Shown here one piece after another: positions 19,084 through 27,801 of a DNA stretch of 64,000 nt. Every line of letters begins with the position of its first letter. The stretch's first letter is position 1. The position numbers and the translations under genes are program-made. Under the pieces are notes generated by a model that saw nothing but the letters and a program-made list of their open reading frames with translations, had not been told where the DNA came from and searched no databases. Origin of the DNA: Abditibacterium sp. (GTDB lineage: Bacteria; Armatimonadota; Abditibacteriia; Abditibacteriales; Abditibacteriaceae); assembly GCA_965246885.1 (NCBI GenBank), contig OZ251992.1:1792001-1856000 (forward strand). Reading direction: 5' to 3'.

Positions 19084-19163
19084 CGCCTACTTAAGCGCCC
19101 TTCCTTGTTAACTGTATGAGTTTAAACAACTCATACTGTGTATCACGCGGGTCTGGTATGGCT

Positions 19164-19508
19164 TTATCTCCTCAACTCGCGCCGCCATTTAACTAACTCC
19201 TGCGCGCCCTGCGGCGTTCGGGGCTTCCAACCGCCCGCGTCACAGCCGCAGCCTTGATAACGGATTCCGGCGTTCACTAAAATTTGCGCCGCCGCCCATG
19301 CCTTTAAGTCGCCTTGTTTAGGCACTTGGAAGTCCATGCCAATGTCGAACATCCGCGCCCCACATTGGGGACACGCAGCCATCCGTTTGCCGTGTTCCTC
19401 TTTTCGGGGTTTTTGTGCCATCTCGCTTTCGATGGGCAACCGGAAGCTCTTGCGACACGAGAAGCACGCGAAGCGCGGTTTGTATACATGGGAAGCGTAG
19501 CGGCACAT
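19164..19508 (-). CDS. Zinc-ribbon hypothetical protein
   Basis: MCRY..YKPRFACFSCRKSF...CPQCG..M..IG.DF.VPK. Confidence 0.75.
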   Translation of the reverse strand: MCRYASHVYKPRFACFSCRKSFRLPIESEMAQKPRKEEHGKRMAACPQCGARMFDIGMDFQVPKQGDLKAWAAAQILVNAGIRYQGCGCDAGGWKPRTPQGAQELVKWRRELRR

Positions 19509-19590
19509 GAGCAAGAGTAACGCGCGAAGCAGAGCGTAGGTTCGGCTTCCTCCAAAGCGTCGAAAATTTCTTCGGCTAAGGGTGCGATGT

Positions 19591-20238
19591 TCATGGGAAG
19601 TGCTTAAACTCAGTCGTCCCTCGCGTAGCGAGGGCAGGGGATGACCAGATGCGCCACAGTATCCAGCCGCCCCACGCGAGGGCGGCGAGGAGAAGAAGCG
19701 CGGCTTCCCCCCGGCACATCCAAGCGAGGGTAATGTCAAAACGCAACAGGCCCAGATGCTCCAACAGGTAATGCCAGTCGTGAATGGGTTCGCTGCCGTC
19801 GAGCGCGGCGCCGAGAGATGTTAGCTCCAAGTGTTGCGCGCGGGCGTCGGCGATGTAGTTCGCCAGATTGAACGCGCTCGATGCCAGCCAATAGCCGCCC
19901 ACGCACAGCGCGAAGTAGTCGCGTTGCCGCACCCACATCCACAGCGCGATGAGCGGCGCGGCGAGTTGCGCGATGCTGCCGCCCGCTATCCCCAAAAACT
20001 CGCCCAACGGCCCAAACACCACATGCCCCAACTCATGCACGCCGAACGTGAGCAGAGCGAAGATGTCGGTTGCTTCGGTTGACAGCAAGTGGTGCACGCC
20101 CGACCACACCAAAAACGCCCACAACGGCGCGCGCCACACGAGCGAGGCTTTGGGTTGCGCCGCGCACCACGCGAGGGCATCCCGCTTTAGCTCGCGGGGC
20201 CATGCGCGGAGGCTGAGAGGTGGAAGGCTTTCGTTCAT
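19591..20238 (-). CDS. Membrane protein with HExxH motif (M50-like)
   Basis: VHELGH, GGSIAQL, YIADAR, HDWHYLL; several TM segments. Confidence 0.8.
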   Translation of the reverse strand: MNESLPPLSLRAWPRELKRDALAWCAAQPKASLVWRAPLWAFLVWSGVHHLLSTEATDIFALLTFGVHELGHVVFGPLGEFLGIAGGSIAQLAAPLIALWMWVRQRDYFALCVGGYWLASSAFNLANYIADARAQHLELTSLGAALDGSEPIHDWHYLLEHLGLLRFDITLAWMCRGEAALLLLAALAWGGWILWRIWSSPALATRGTTEFKHFP

Positions 20239-20299
20239 CGGGAAACTCCTGTTGTCCAATAACTTTGGCGCTTATCTTGCCAAAGTCTCGCGCTTTTGT

Positions 20300-21391
20300 A
20301 TGCAATCCAACCAGATGCGCCGGGGCCTCGTTCCCGGCCTCGCTGCCCTTGCCCTTGTCGGAAGTGTCGCCCATGCGCAGGTCATCATGCCCGCGCACCT
20401 CACCGGAAAGCCCGACCCGCAGATGAAAGCGGTCTTGACTTCGCTCAAAGAGTTAGGTGCCAAGCCGCTTCACACCCTCAACTACAAGCAGGCCCGCCTT
20501 CAAGCGGGGCCGCCCGACGCCGTGAAGCGCACCTTGCAAAAGCAGGGCAAGCCGACGACGCCCGAAGTCGTGGACAGCGTGCGCGACGTGCGCATCAGCA
20601 CGAGCCAAGGTCCGGTGACTGTCCGTTTGTATCGTCCGATGGGTTCGGGTAAAGCCAAACTGCCCGTTATCGTCTACTTTCACGGCGGCGGTTTCGTGAT
20701 TGCGTCGGTGGCCGCTTACGACTCCTCGTGCCGCGCCTTGGCCAATGCGACGGGCGCCCTCGTTGCTGCCGTTGCTTACGACCTCGCGCCGGAACGCCGC
20801 TTGCCCGTCGCGCACGAGGAGTGCTACTCCGTCACGCAAGCGATGATTAATGGCGGCGCCGAGCAATACGGCGGCGATTCCAAGAAGGTCGCCGTCGCGG
20901 GCGAGTCGGCGGGTGGACAACTGGCCATTGACATGTCGTTCATGGCGCAAATGCGCGGCGGCAAAAAGCCGGTTTATGAGTTGCTCGTGTATCCGTTCAT
21001 CAACGGCAAGACGATTTATCCCTCGCACCGCCAATTTAAGAAGCAAGCGCCGCTTTCGACGCCCGACATCCCTTGGTTTTTGGGCTATGCGCTTCCCAAC
21101 AAAGCCCTTGCCAAGTCGCCGCTCGCGCAACCGCTTTACGCTCCGACGGCGCTCCTCAAAGGCTTGCCGCCGACGACCATCGTGGCGGCGGAACTCGACC
21201 CGCTCATGAGCGAGGGTGTCTTATTTACCAAGAAACTCCAAGCGGCGGGTGTGCCGGTTCGTTACAAGCTGTATCCCGGCGTCACGCACGAGTTTTTCGG
21301 TATGGGCGCGGTGGTGGACAAAGCCAAAGACGCCGTTGCCTTTGGCGCGCAGGGGCTAAAAATGGGTTTTACGATGAAAATCAAGCCGTGA
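20300..21391 (+). CDS. Secreted alpha/beta hydrolase (HSL-family esterase/lipase)
   Basis: HGGGF, GESAGG, DPL, HEFF; signal peptide ending AHA. Confidence 0.93.
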   Translation: MQSNQMRRGLVPGLAALALVGSVAHAQVIMPAHLTGKPDPQMKAVLTSLKELGAKPLHTLNYKQARLQAGPPDAVKRTLQKQGKPTTPEVVDSVRDVRISTSQGPVTVRLYRPMGSGKAKLPVIVYFHGGGFVIASVAAYDSSCRALANATGALVAAVAYDLAPERRLPVAHEECYSVTQAMINGGAEQYGGDSKKVAVAGESAGGQLAIDMSFMAQMRGGKKPVYELLVYPFINGKTIYPSHRQFKKQAPLSTPDIPWFLGYALPNKALAKSPLAQPLYAPTALLKGLPPTTIVAAELDPLMSEGVLFTKKLQAAGVPVRYKLYPGVTHEFFGMGAVVDKAKDAVAFGAQGLKMGFTMKIKP

Positions 21392-21579
21392 CAGACGCTG
21401 GTGACTGAATGACACACGCCTGCCAGCGGGTGAGAGAGGCCGGTGACTGAGTGGCAGAGGCGTGGCGACCGTTGACAGACATGCGCCGGCCAGTGGCAGA
21501 CCCCTGTCACCCGTTCCCCCATACCTGTCAACGGTCGCCACGCCTCTGCCACTCAGTCACCGGCCTCTCTCACTCGCTG
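21389..21579. repeat. 21-nt-period degenerate array folded into a ~55-bp inverted repeat
   Basis: G(A/G)CAGA-like cores at 21390, 21411, 21432, 21453, 21474, 21495; 21424-21478 is inverted at 21525-21579. Confidence 0.85.
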
Positions 21580-24500
21580 CTACCAGCATGGATTTTGGTG
21601 GAGCAGGGCGGTGAACTCATCGGGCGGCAAGGGGCGCGCAAAATAGAAGCCTTGAGCGGCATCACAGCCAAGCGCGCGCAGGGCATCGAGTTGTTCCTTG
21701 GATTCCACGCCCTCGGCAACGACGTGCATTTGCAACCCGCGCGCAAGGCTGAGGATGGTGCCGACGATTTGGCTGTTGCGCGCGTCGCCGCCCATTTGCG
21801 CCACGAACGAGCGGTCTATCTTCAACACATCGAGCGGGAAGCGGTGCAAGTAACTCAGGCTGGAATAGCCGGTGCCGAAGTCGTCCATTGCCAACTCGAT
21901 GCCCATTTTGCGTAGACCGCGCAGCATCTGGCTCGCCGATTCCGCGTTGCCCATGATGACCGATTCGGTGATTTCCAACTTCAATCGCGTCGCCGCGAAA
22001 CCGGTGCGCACGAGGATGTCGGCGACCCGTTCCAGCAAATCGCCTTGGGAGAACTGTTGGCTGGACAGGTTGACCGCGATGGTTAAATCCTCGCCCCATG
22101 CGGCGCCTTGGCGACACGCTTCTTCCAAGACCCACCAGCCGATGGGAACGATGAGTCCGGTTTCCTCGGCGAGGGGGATGAACTCGGCGGGCGACACCAA
22201 GCCGCGCGTTGGGTGTTGCCAGCGCACGAGAGCTTCAGCGGCGCTTACCCGCCCGGTGTCGAGGCTGACGATGGGTTGGAAGAAAACGCGCAGTTCGCAG
22301 CGTTCAAGCGCCCGCCAGAGGTCGGATTCGAGTTCCAAGAGGCGCACGGCGCTTTGGTGCATGGAAGCGTCGAAGATCGCGTGGCGCGCGCGCCCCAAGC
22401 CTTTGGCGCGGTACATCGCAGTATCGGCGTTGCGCAAGAGTTCGGGGGCCGAAGTCGGGCCGCCTTGGGAGGGTGCCACACCCATAGAGACGGTCACAAA
22501 CACCTCGCGCCCTTCCAAGAGAAAAGGCCGCTCCAATTCGCGCCCAATGCGGCTGGCGACGGCTTCGATGACTGCTTCGTCCGCCAACTCTTCCAATAGG
22601 ACGGCAAACTCGTCACCGCCCAAGCGCGCAACGGTATCTCCCGGTCGCAAACAGGACGCGAACCGCTCGCCCGCCTCGACCAGCAAGCGGTCGCCTGCGA
22701 GATGGCCGAGGGAATCGTTGATGTTTTTGAAGCGGTCGAGGTCAAGGAACAAGACGGCGAAGGAGTGCTCTTGGCGGGCGATGGCGCGCTCCAAACGGTC
22801 AAGGAACAGCGCGCGGTTGGGTAGTCCGGTCAAGGCGTCGTAGAACGCCGACTGCGCCAGTTGCGCTTCAAAATTCTTGCGCGCGCAGATGTCGGTTTGG
22901 CTGCCGGAGATGCGCGTCGCTTCGCCGCTTTGGTCGCGCACGGCCAAGCCGCGCCCTAACATCCACATCCATTGGCCGTCGCGGTGCTTGAGGCGGTATT
23001 CGCACTCGAAGTGCGCGCTATGACCGCGCAGGTGCGCGTCCAGCTTGGCGTGCAGTTCGGCGTGATCGTCGGGATGGACGCGCTGGAGCCACTCGTTGGG
23101 GTGGTCGGTGGCGGGTGCGCGGCAACCGATCATGTCGAGCCAGCGCGGGGATAAATAAATGGTGCCGGTGCGCAGGTTCCAGTCCCAGAGGCCATCGTTG
23201 GCGCCGCGCGCGGCCAAGGCGTAGCGCTCCTCGGAGTCGCGCAGGGCGCGCTCCGCCCAGATTTGCTCGGTGACATCTTGCGTTGAACCCAAGTAACGAA
23301 TGGGCGCACCGTCGGCATCGAGTTCGACTTGGGCGTAGGCTTGCAGGTATCGCTCTTGCCCGTCGACGCGTCGGATGCGAAATAGCATCGAGTCGCTGCC
23401 CGTGTGGAGCGCTCGTTCTGTGGAAGAAACGACCAAGTCGCGGTCGTCGGGATGGATATGGTCGCGGATGGTTTCGATTTGCGGCGTGAAGGAGTGCGGC
23501 TCGTAGCCGAACAGGGTGAAGGTGGTGGTTGACCACTCGACGCTTCCGGTTTTGATGTTCCAATCGAACGAACCCACGCGCGCCAACTTTTGCGCTTCGT
23601 CGAAAGCGCGCCGTGAGCGGGCGACTTCGGCTTGGGAAGAGCGCATGGCGGTTTCGTCCACAACCAAGCCATCCCATACCGTCGCGCCGTCGTCGCGGCG
23701 CCAGGGAATGGACGCGCCGCGCACCCATTTCCAGTTTCCGTCCGTGTCGAGCAAACGCCCGCTCCAATCCCACGCTGACAGGTGATGGGCCGACTCTTCG
23801 ATGGACGTGTGAAGGCCGAGCAAGTCGTCGGGGTGGATGCGCTCCAAATGAGGCGCCAAATTGCCCGCTCTCCAGTCGAACTCTTCGCCCCAAATTTCGC
23901 GGGCGCGGGCCGAAATGAAGTCGAAGCGCATCGCGCCATTGGCTTCGCGCACAAAGCGATAGACCACCCCCGGCACATTCGCCACGATGCTCGCGTAGCG
24001 CCGCTCCGACTCACGCCACTGCTCGCGCACTTGCTCGGTTTCGCTTTGGTCGATGCCCACGCCCAACGCGCCGCCTTCGGGAAGAGGCGCGTAGCGCACC
24101 GCCATAAAGCGCCCACCGAACCACCCCGAACCCTCGCACTCCTCCCCACCCAAAGCACGTCGCGCCAACTGTTCGATGGCTTCCACGCCCCGCGTCGTGT
24201 CGAAGATGGATTGGCCTTCGATGTCAAAAGGCTTGATGCCCATCGATCGTAGCGCCGCCCCGCGCGCGAGGGTGATGACGCCGTGCGGGTCGAGTTGCCA
24301 TAGCACGAGCGGGGAATTGTCCACCGCCGCGTGCATCCGTCGCTCCGATTCCAGCGCGCGCCGCGCGATGAGAACCCGCTCGGACACATCCAGCACCGTG
24401 CCCACCAGCCGAACCGGAACCCCCGACGCGTCGCGCTCCAACTCGGCCCGCGACTCGACCCACTTTTGGCTTCCATCGGGCATAAACAGGCGATGCTCCA

Positions 24501-25323
24501 AGCTCACGCTCGCGGGGCCGTCGGGCGCCGACAACGAGGCGATTAACTCCATCGCGCGCGCCCAATCTTCTGGCACGAACTGCTTTTGCCACTCCCCCAA
24601 GTTGGTCGGCACTTCGTCCGGGGCAAAACCGACGATACGGTAGAACTCCTCGCAGGCATAGCCAGGCGCATCGCGGAAGTCTTCGATTCCGTCGAGCGTC
24701 ACCCACCACCACCCCAAGTGCGTCAAACGCTGCGCTTCTTCGAGATCGTGGCGCGCGCTTTCCAAGGCGCGGGCGTTGTCTTGGGCACGGGCATTGCGTA
24801 GCGCGCCGCGCAAGCAGTGCTCCAAAAGTGGCGCGGACAACTCCTCTTCCAACAAGCAGTCGCTCGCCCCCGCTTCCAAGAGACGCCGCTTGGCGGCCCG
24901 TTTCCCCGTCTCGTTGGCGCAGCGAAGCACGACGACAATGGGCAATGAACTCTTGGCTCGAAAGGCCGCCAACGTCCGAAGACTCTCCGCTTCCCCGGCT
25001 TTCCAAATCAGACAGAGTTCTTCCTCGGCGCTTTCGTGCGACTGGGCCAATGCTCCCAATGCGATGGCGGTTAACTGCGCGGGAACGGGAGGACGCAAAG
25101 GCACGCCCGCGAGGTCGCGCACTCTTTCGACCTTCCACACGCGGGCTTCGGGGGACAGGCGCTCGCTTTCAAGCAACAACGAGCGGGGGCACGAGGATTC
25201 GGAGTCACTTCCGGCCTCGCTCCACAGCCAAACGCGGCACACGAGCGACGCTTCACGGGCTGTTTCGAGAAAAGAAAACGAAACCTCCGCACGCGGGGCA
25301 AGGGGCAAGGCAGCGGGACTCAT
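21580..25323 (-). CDS. Multi-PAS diguanylate cyclase/phosphodiesterase (degenerate REC-PAS-GGDEF-EAL)
   Basis: DALTGLPNR, RPGD I-site, RLGGDEF, EALVRW, DDFGTGYSSL, several HPDD PAS motifs. Confidence 0.96.
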   Translation of the reverse strand: MSPAALPLAPRAEVSFSFLETAREASLVCRVWLWSEAGSDSESSCPRSLLLESERLSPEARVWKVERVRDLAGVPLRPPVPAQLTAIALGALAQSHESAEEELCLIWKAGEAESLRTLAAFRAKSSLPIVVVLRCANETGKRAAKRRLLEAGASDCLLEEELSAPLLEHCLRGALRNARAQDNARALESARHDLEEAQRLTHLGWWWVTLDGIEDFRDAPGYACEEFYRIVGFAPDEVPTNLGEWQKQFVPEDWARAMELIASLSAPDGPASVSLEHRLFMPDGSQKWVESRAELERDASGVPVRLVGTVLDVSERVLIARRALESERRMHAAVDNSPLVLWQLDPHGVITLARGAALRSMGIKPFDIEGQSIFDTTRGVEAIEQLARRALGGEECEGSGWFGGRFMAVRYAPLPEGGALGVGIDQSETEQVREQWRESERRYASIVANVPGVVYRFVREANGAMRFDFISARAREIWGEEFDWRAGNLAPHLERIHPDDLLGLHTSIEESAHHLSAWDWSGRLLDTDGNWKWVRGASIPWRRDDGATVWDGLVVDETAMRSSQAEVARSRRAFDEAQKLARVGSFDWNIKTGSVEWSTTTFTLFGYEPHSFTPQIETIRDHIHPDDRDLVVSSTERALHTGSDSMLFRIRRVDGQERYLQAYAQVELDADGAPIRYLGSTQDVTEQIWAERALRDSEERYALAARGANDGLWDWNLRTGTIYLSPRWLDMIGCRAPATDHPNEWLQRVHPDDHAELHAKLDAHLRGHSAHFECEYRLKHRDGQWMWMLGRGLAVRDQSGEATRISGSQTDICARKNFEAQLAQSAFYDALTGLPNRALFLDRLERAIARQEHSFAVLFLDLDRFKNINDSLGHLAGDRLLVEAGERFASCLRPGDTVARLGGDEFAVLLEELADEAVIEAVASRIGRELERPFLLEGREVFVTVSMGVAPSQGGPTSAPELLRNADTAMYRAKGLGRARHAIFDASMHQSAVRLLELESDLWRALERCELRVFFQPIVSLDTGRVSAAEALVRWQHPTRGLVSPAEFIPLAEETGLIVPIGWWVLEEACRQGAAWGEDLTIAVNLSSQQFSQGDLLERVADILVRTGFAATRLKLEITESVIMGNAESASQMLRGLRKMGIELAMDDFGTGYSSLSYLHRFPLDVLKIDRSFVAQMGGDARNSQIVGTILSLARGLQMHVVAEGVESKEQLDALRALGCDAAQGFYFARPLPPDEFTALLHQNPCW

Positions 25324-25405
25324 GGAAGGAGGAGCGCGCAGGAACAAGCAGAGTATGCGCGTTTCGCTTTTGAAGCGATTGCACAATTTCGGCCTCTAAA
25401 CGACG

Positions 25406-25431
25406 AAAGCCGCGCCCGAAGGCGCGGCTTT
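25406..25431. terminator. Hairpin terminator after fabI
   Basis: aaagccgcgcc-cgaa-ggcgcggcttt. Confidence 0.7.
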
Positions 25432-25446
25432 TCCCTTAAAATTCTG

Positions 25447-26223
25447 TTACATCCCCAGAATCTGGTATCCGCCGTCCACATACAGCACTTGTCCGGTCAT
25501 GTGCTGGCTGGCGTCGGACGCCAGAAACAGGCCCGTCCCGCCCAGAGCGCTCGCTTCGGCGGGCCAAGGGATGGGGGCTTTGGACTGCACGTGCGACACC
25601 ATCGTTTTGAAGCCCGCTATTCCTGCGCCCGCGAGGGTTTTGGTTGGCCCCGCCGAGATGCAGTTGACGCGGATGCGCTTTGGCCCCAGTTCGTGCGCGA
25701 GGTAGCGCGCGGTCGCTTCGAGTCCGGCCTTGGCCACGCCCATGACGTTGTAGTTGGGCACGACCTTCTCGCTGCCCAAATACGTCATGGCGACGATGGA
25801 GCCGCCATCGGTCATAAGCGGCAGGGCGTACTGCGCCATCGCAATGAGGGAGTAGGTCGAAACGTCGAGGGCGACGCGAAACGCTTCGCGGGTGGTTTGC
25901 GAGAACGGCTCGGAAAGGGCTTCCTTGGGCGCGAAAGCGACGGCATGAAGCACCAAGTCCACGCGGTCGGTTTTAGTGCGCACGTACTCGAAGAACGATT
26001 CGAGTTCCTCGTCCTTGGAAACATCGCACGGCGCGAGGGCCACTTCGCCGCCAAAGGTCGCGGCTAACTCTTCGACGTTTTCTTTGAGGCGCTCGCCTTG
26101 ATAGTTGAAGATCAGGGTCGCGCCCGCCTCATGCCACGCTTGCGCAATGGCCCACGCGATGGAGCGTTTGTTCGCCACACCAAAAACAAGGCCCACTTTT
26201 CCGGCCAACGGTTTGTCATTCAT
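25447..26223 (-). CDS. fabI: Enoyl-ACP reductase
   Basis: GVANKRSIAW, YNVMGVAKA, ISAGP. Confidence 0.97.
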   Translation of the reverse strand: MNDKPLAGKVGLVFGVANKRSIAWAIAQAWHEAGATLIFNYQGERLKENVEELAATFGGEVALAPCDVSKDEELESFFEYVRTKTDRVDLVLHAVAFAPKEALSEPFSQTTREAFRVALDVSTYSLIAMAQYALPLMTDGGSIVAMTYLGSEKVVPNYNVMGVAKAGLEATARYLAHELGPKRIRVNCISAGPTKTLAGAGIAGFKTMVSHVQSKAPIPWPAEASALGGTGLFLASDASQHMTGQVLYVDGGYQILGM

Positions 26224-26271
26224 CAGGGTTTATTTTAGAACAAGGGCGCTGGGGCGCCCTCAGAGGGTGCT

Positions 26272-27675
26272 TTAGTAGCGGGTGCGCAGCGCGTTGCGGC
26301 GTTGCTCGTTGAAAAAGTCGGGGTCGCCGAAGATATACATGCGCACCACGCGGTTGTTGCGGATGGTGAACACAGCGTTGTAGGACTGGTCGTAGCGCAG
26401 GTCGTAGGTGCGGTAGGCGCCGTTGTCGGGCGAAGTGGTGGCGCCGCCCGCCGCTCCGCCCACTGCCGCGCCAACGGCGGCTCCGGCGCGCGCGGCGGAG
26501 CCCGGATTGGCACCCCCGGCAGTGGCGCCCGCCGCGATATTAGCACCCACAGCAGCCCCAACAGCCGCGCCCGTTGCGGCGCCTCCTCCGCCCCCACCGC
26601 CGGGAGTGCCGGTGACGGAGTTCGCCGACGCGACATCGGCGCCAAGGGGCACAATGTCGTCGGGGTAGCCGTAACGGTTCATCACTTTGCGGAAGTCGTC
26701 GCCGAGCTTGACGGTGTGGATGGGGTCTTCCTGCTGAGTGCGCGCGATGGGCGAAGTGATGCCCGCCACAATCACCGCTTCGCAAAAGCCGAACTTATCT
26801 ACCACAAAGCCCATCGCATAGGTTTCGCGCTTGTACAGCCACTCGACTTGGTTGGGCGACAGTTGGACAGTGACAGCCAAAGCCCAGTCGGGCAAGCCCC
26901 CGTTGGGCGTTGAGCCGGGAAAAAGCACCGCCGCTTCGGGGGGCTTTTGCGGCAACGTGAGGTTAGTGGAAGTGATGGTAGTGGTCGTCGCACCCGCATC
27001 CGCCCCGCCACCGGGTGCTCCACCGCCGGGCGCTCCGCCGCCGCCTGCCGGGGCAGCGCCACCCGCTCCGGCGCCGCCGCCAGTTGCGGCGCTCACGACT
27101 GGCACCACGACGGCGGTGGGGTTGCCATGAATGGCGAACAGGCCGTAGCGGTCAATGCGGTTGAAGCGGTCTTTGTCCACTGCTTTGGTGCCCAAGCCGA
27201 TGCCGCACAGTTGGAACTCCAACGGGTAGCGCACCCACGAGGGCACAACGGTGCGCGCTCCGCCACGCCTGCCGCCGCGCCCCGTCGAAGGCACCGCCGC
27301 CGGGGGCAACGGGCGCGGGAACCCTTGCGCCAAATACACTGGCGCTTTGCGCTTGGCACCCGCCTTGGGAAAGCGCGGCGCTTCAAATGTGGGAGCCGTA
27401 AACAGGTTCTTCATCGGGCGCTTGATGGCCTCGCCCTGCCAGAACGGTCGAAAGCCCGGCAACGGCTCCTCCTGATACTCGCGCTGCAAGCGCATGATTG
27501 TGTCATAGGACACGTAGCGCGGCAGCTTTGACTGGTCGAGGGGCGCGGGACACGCGGCGGCGCGAACCGCTTTGTGCGCCGTTTTGCGACCGTGCTTGTG
27601 GGCGCGCGGCGCGGCCAGCACAAGCGGGCACAAGGAAAGCGCGACCAAGGGTGCGATGCGAGAAGTGGATTTCAT
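26272..27675 (-). CDS. Secreted hypothetical protein with Gly/Ala-rich inserts
   Basis: Signal peptide; two related motifs GIGLG..HGNPT and VKLGD..YGYPD; glycine-zipper-like GAAVGAAVG. Confidence 0.8.
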   Translation of the reverse strand: MKSTSRIAPLVALSLCPLVLAAPRAHKHGRKTAHKAVRAAACPAPLDQSKLPRYVSYDTIMRLQREYQEEPLPGFRPFWQGEAIKRPMKNLFTAPTFEAPRFPKAGAKRKAPVYLAQGFPRPLPPAAVPSTGRGGRRGGARTVVPSWVRYPLEFQLCGIGLGTKAVDKDRFNRIDRYGLFAIHGNPTAVVVPVVSAATGGGAGAGGAAPAGGGGAPGGGAPGGGADAGATTTTITSTNLTLPQKPPEAAVLFPGSTPNGGLPDWALAVTVQLSPNQVEWLYKRETYAMGFVVDKFGFCEAVIVAGITSPIARTQQEDPIHTVKLGDDFRKVMNRYGYPDDIVPLGADVASANSVTGTPGGGGGGGAATGAAVGAAVGANIAAGATAGGANPGSAARAGAAVGAAVGGAAGGATTSPDNGAYRTYDLRYDQSYNAVFTIRNNRVVRMYIFGDPDFFNEQRRNALRTRY

Positions 27676-27801
27676 GGATTCGTGTTCAAGCGGTCTGCTG
27701 TTCGTCCGGTCTGCGCCCAAAGCGCAAAATGTGGCGCGGAAGGCGCCAGTTTAATCCGCTCCCACATTCCGGGGCGCGCGCCGCTCTTTCGGGGGCCTTC
27801 C

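Noticed and set aside
19112..19137. gtatgagtt-taaac-aactcatac palindrome as a possible LexA box
   Set aside because: Does not fit CTGT-N8-ACAG; single instance, could be a terminator or an unknown operator
19304..19594. ORF MNIAPLAEEIFDALEE.. with ATGA coupling to the upstream gene
   Set aside because: Most of it overlaps the better-supported zinc-ribbon gene; at most a short remnant
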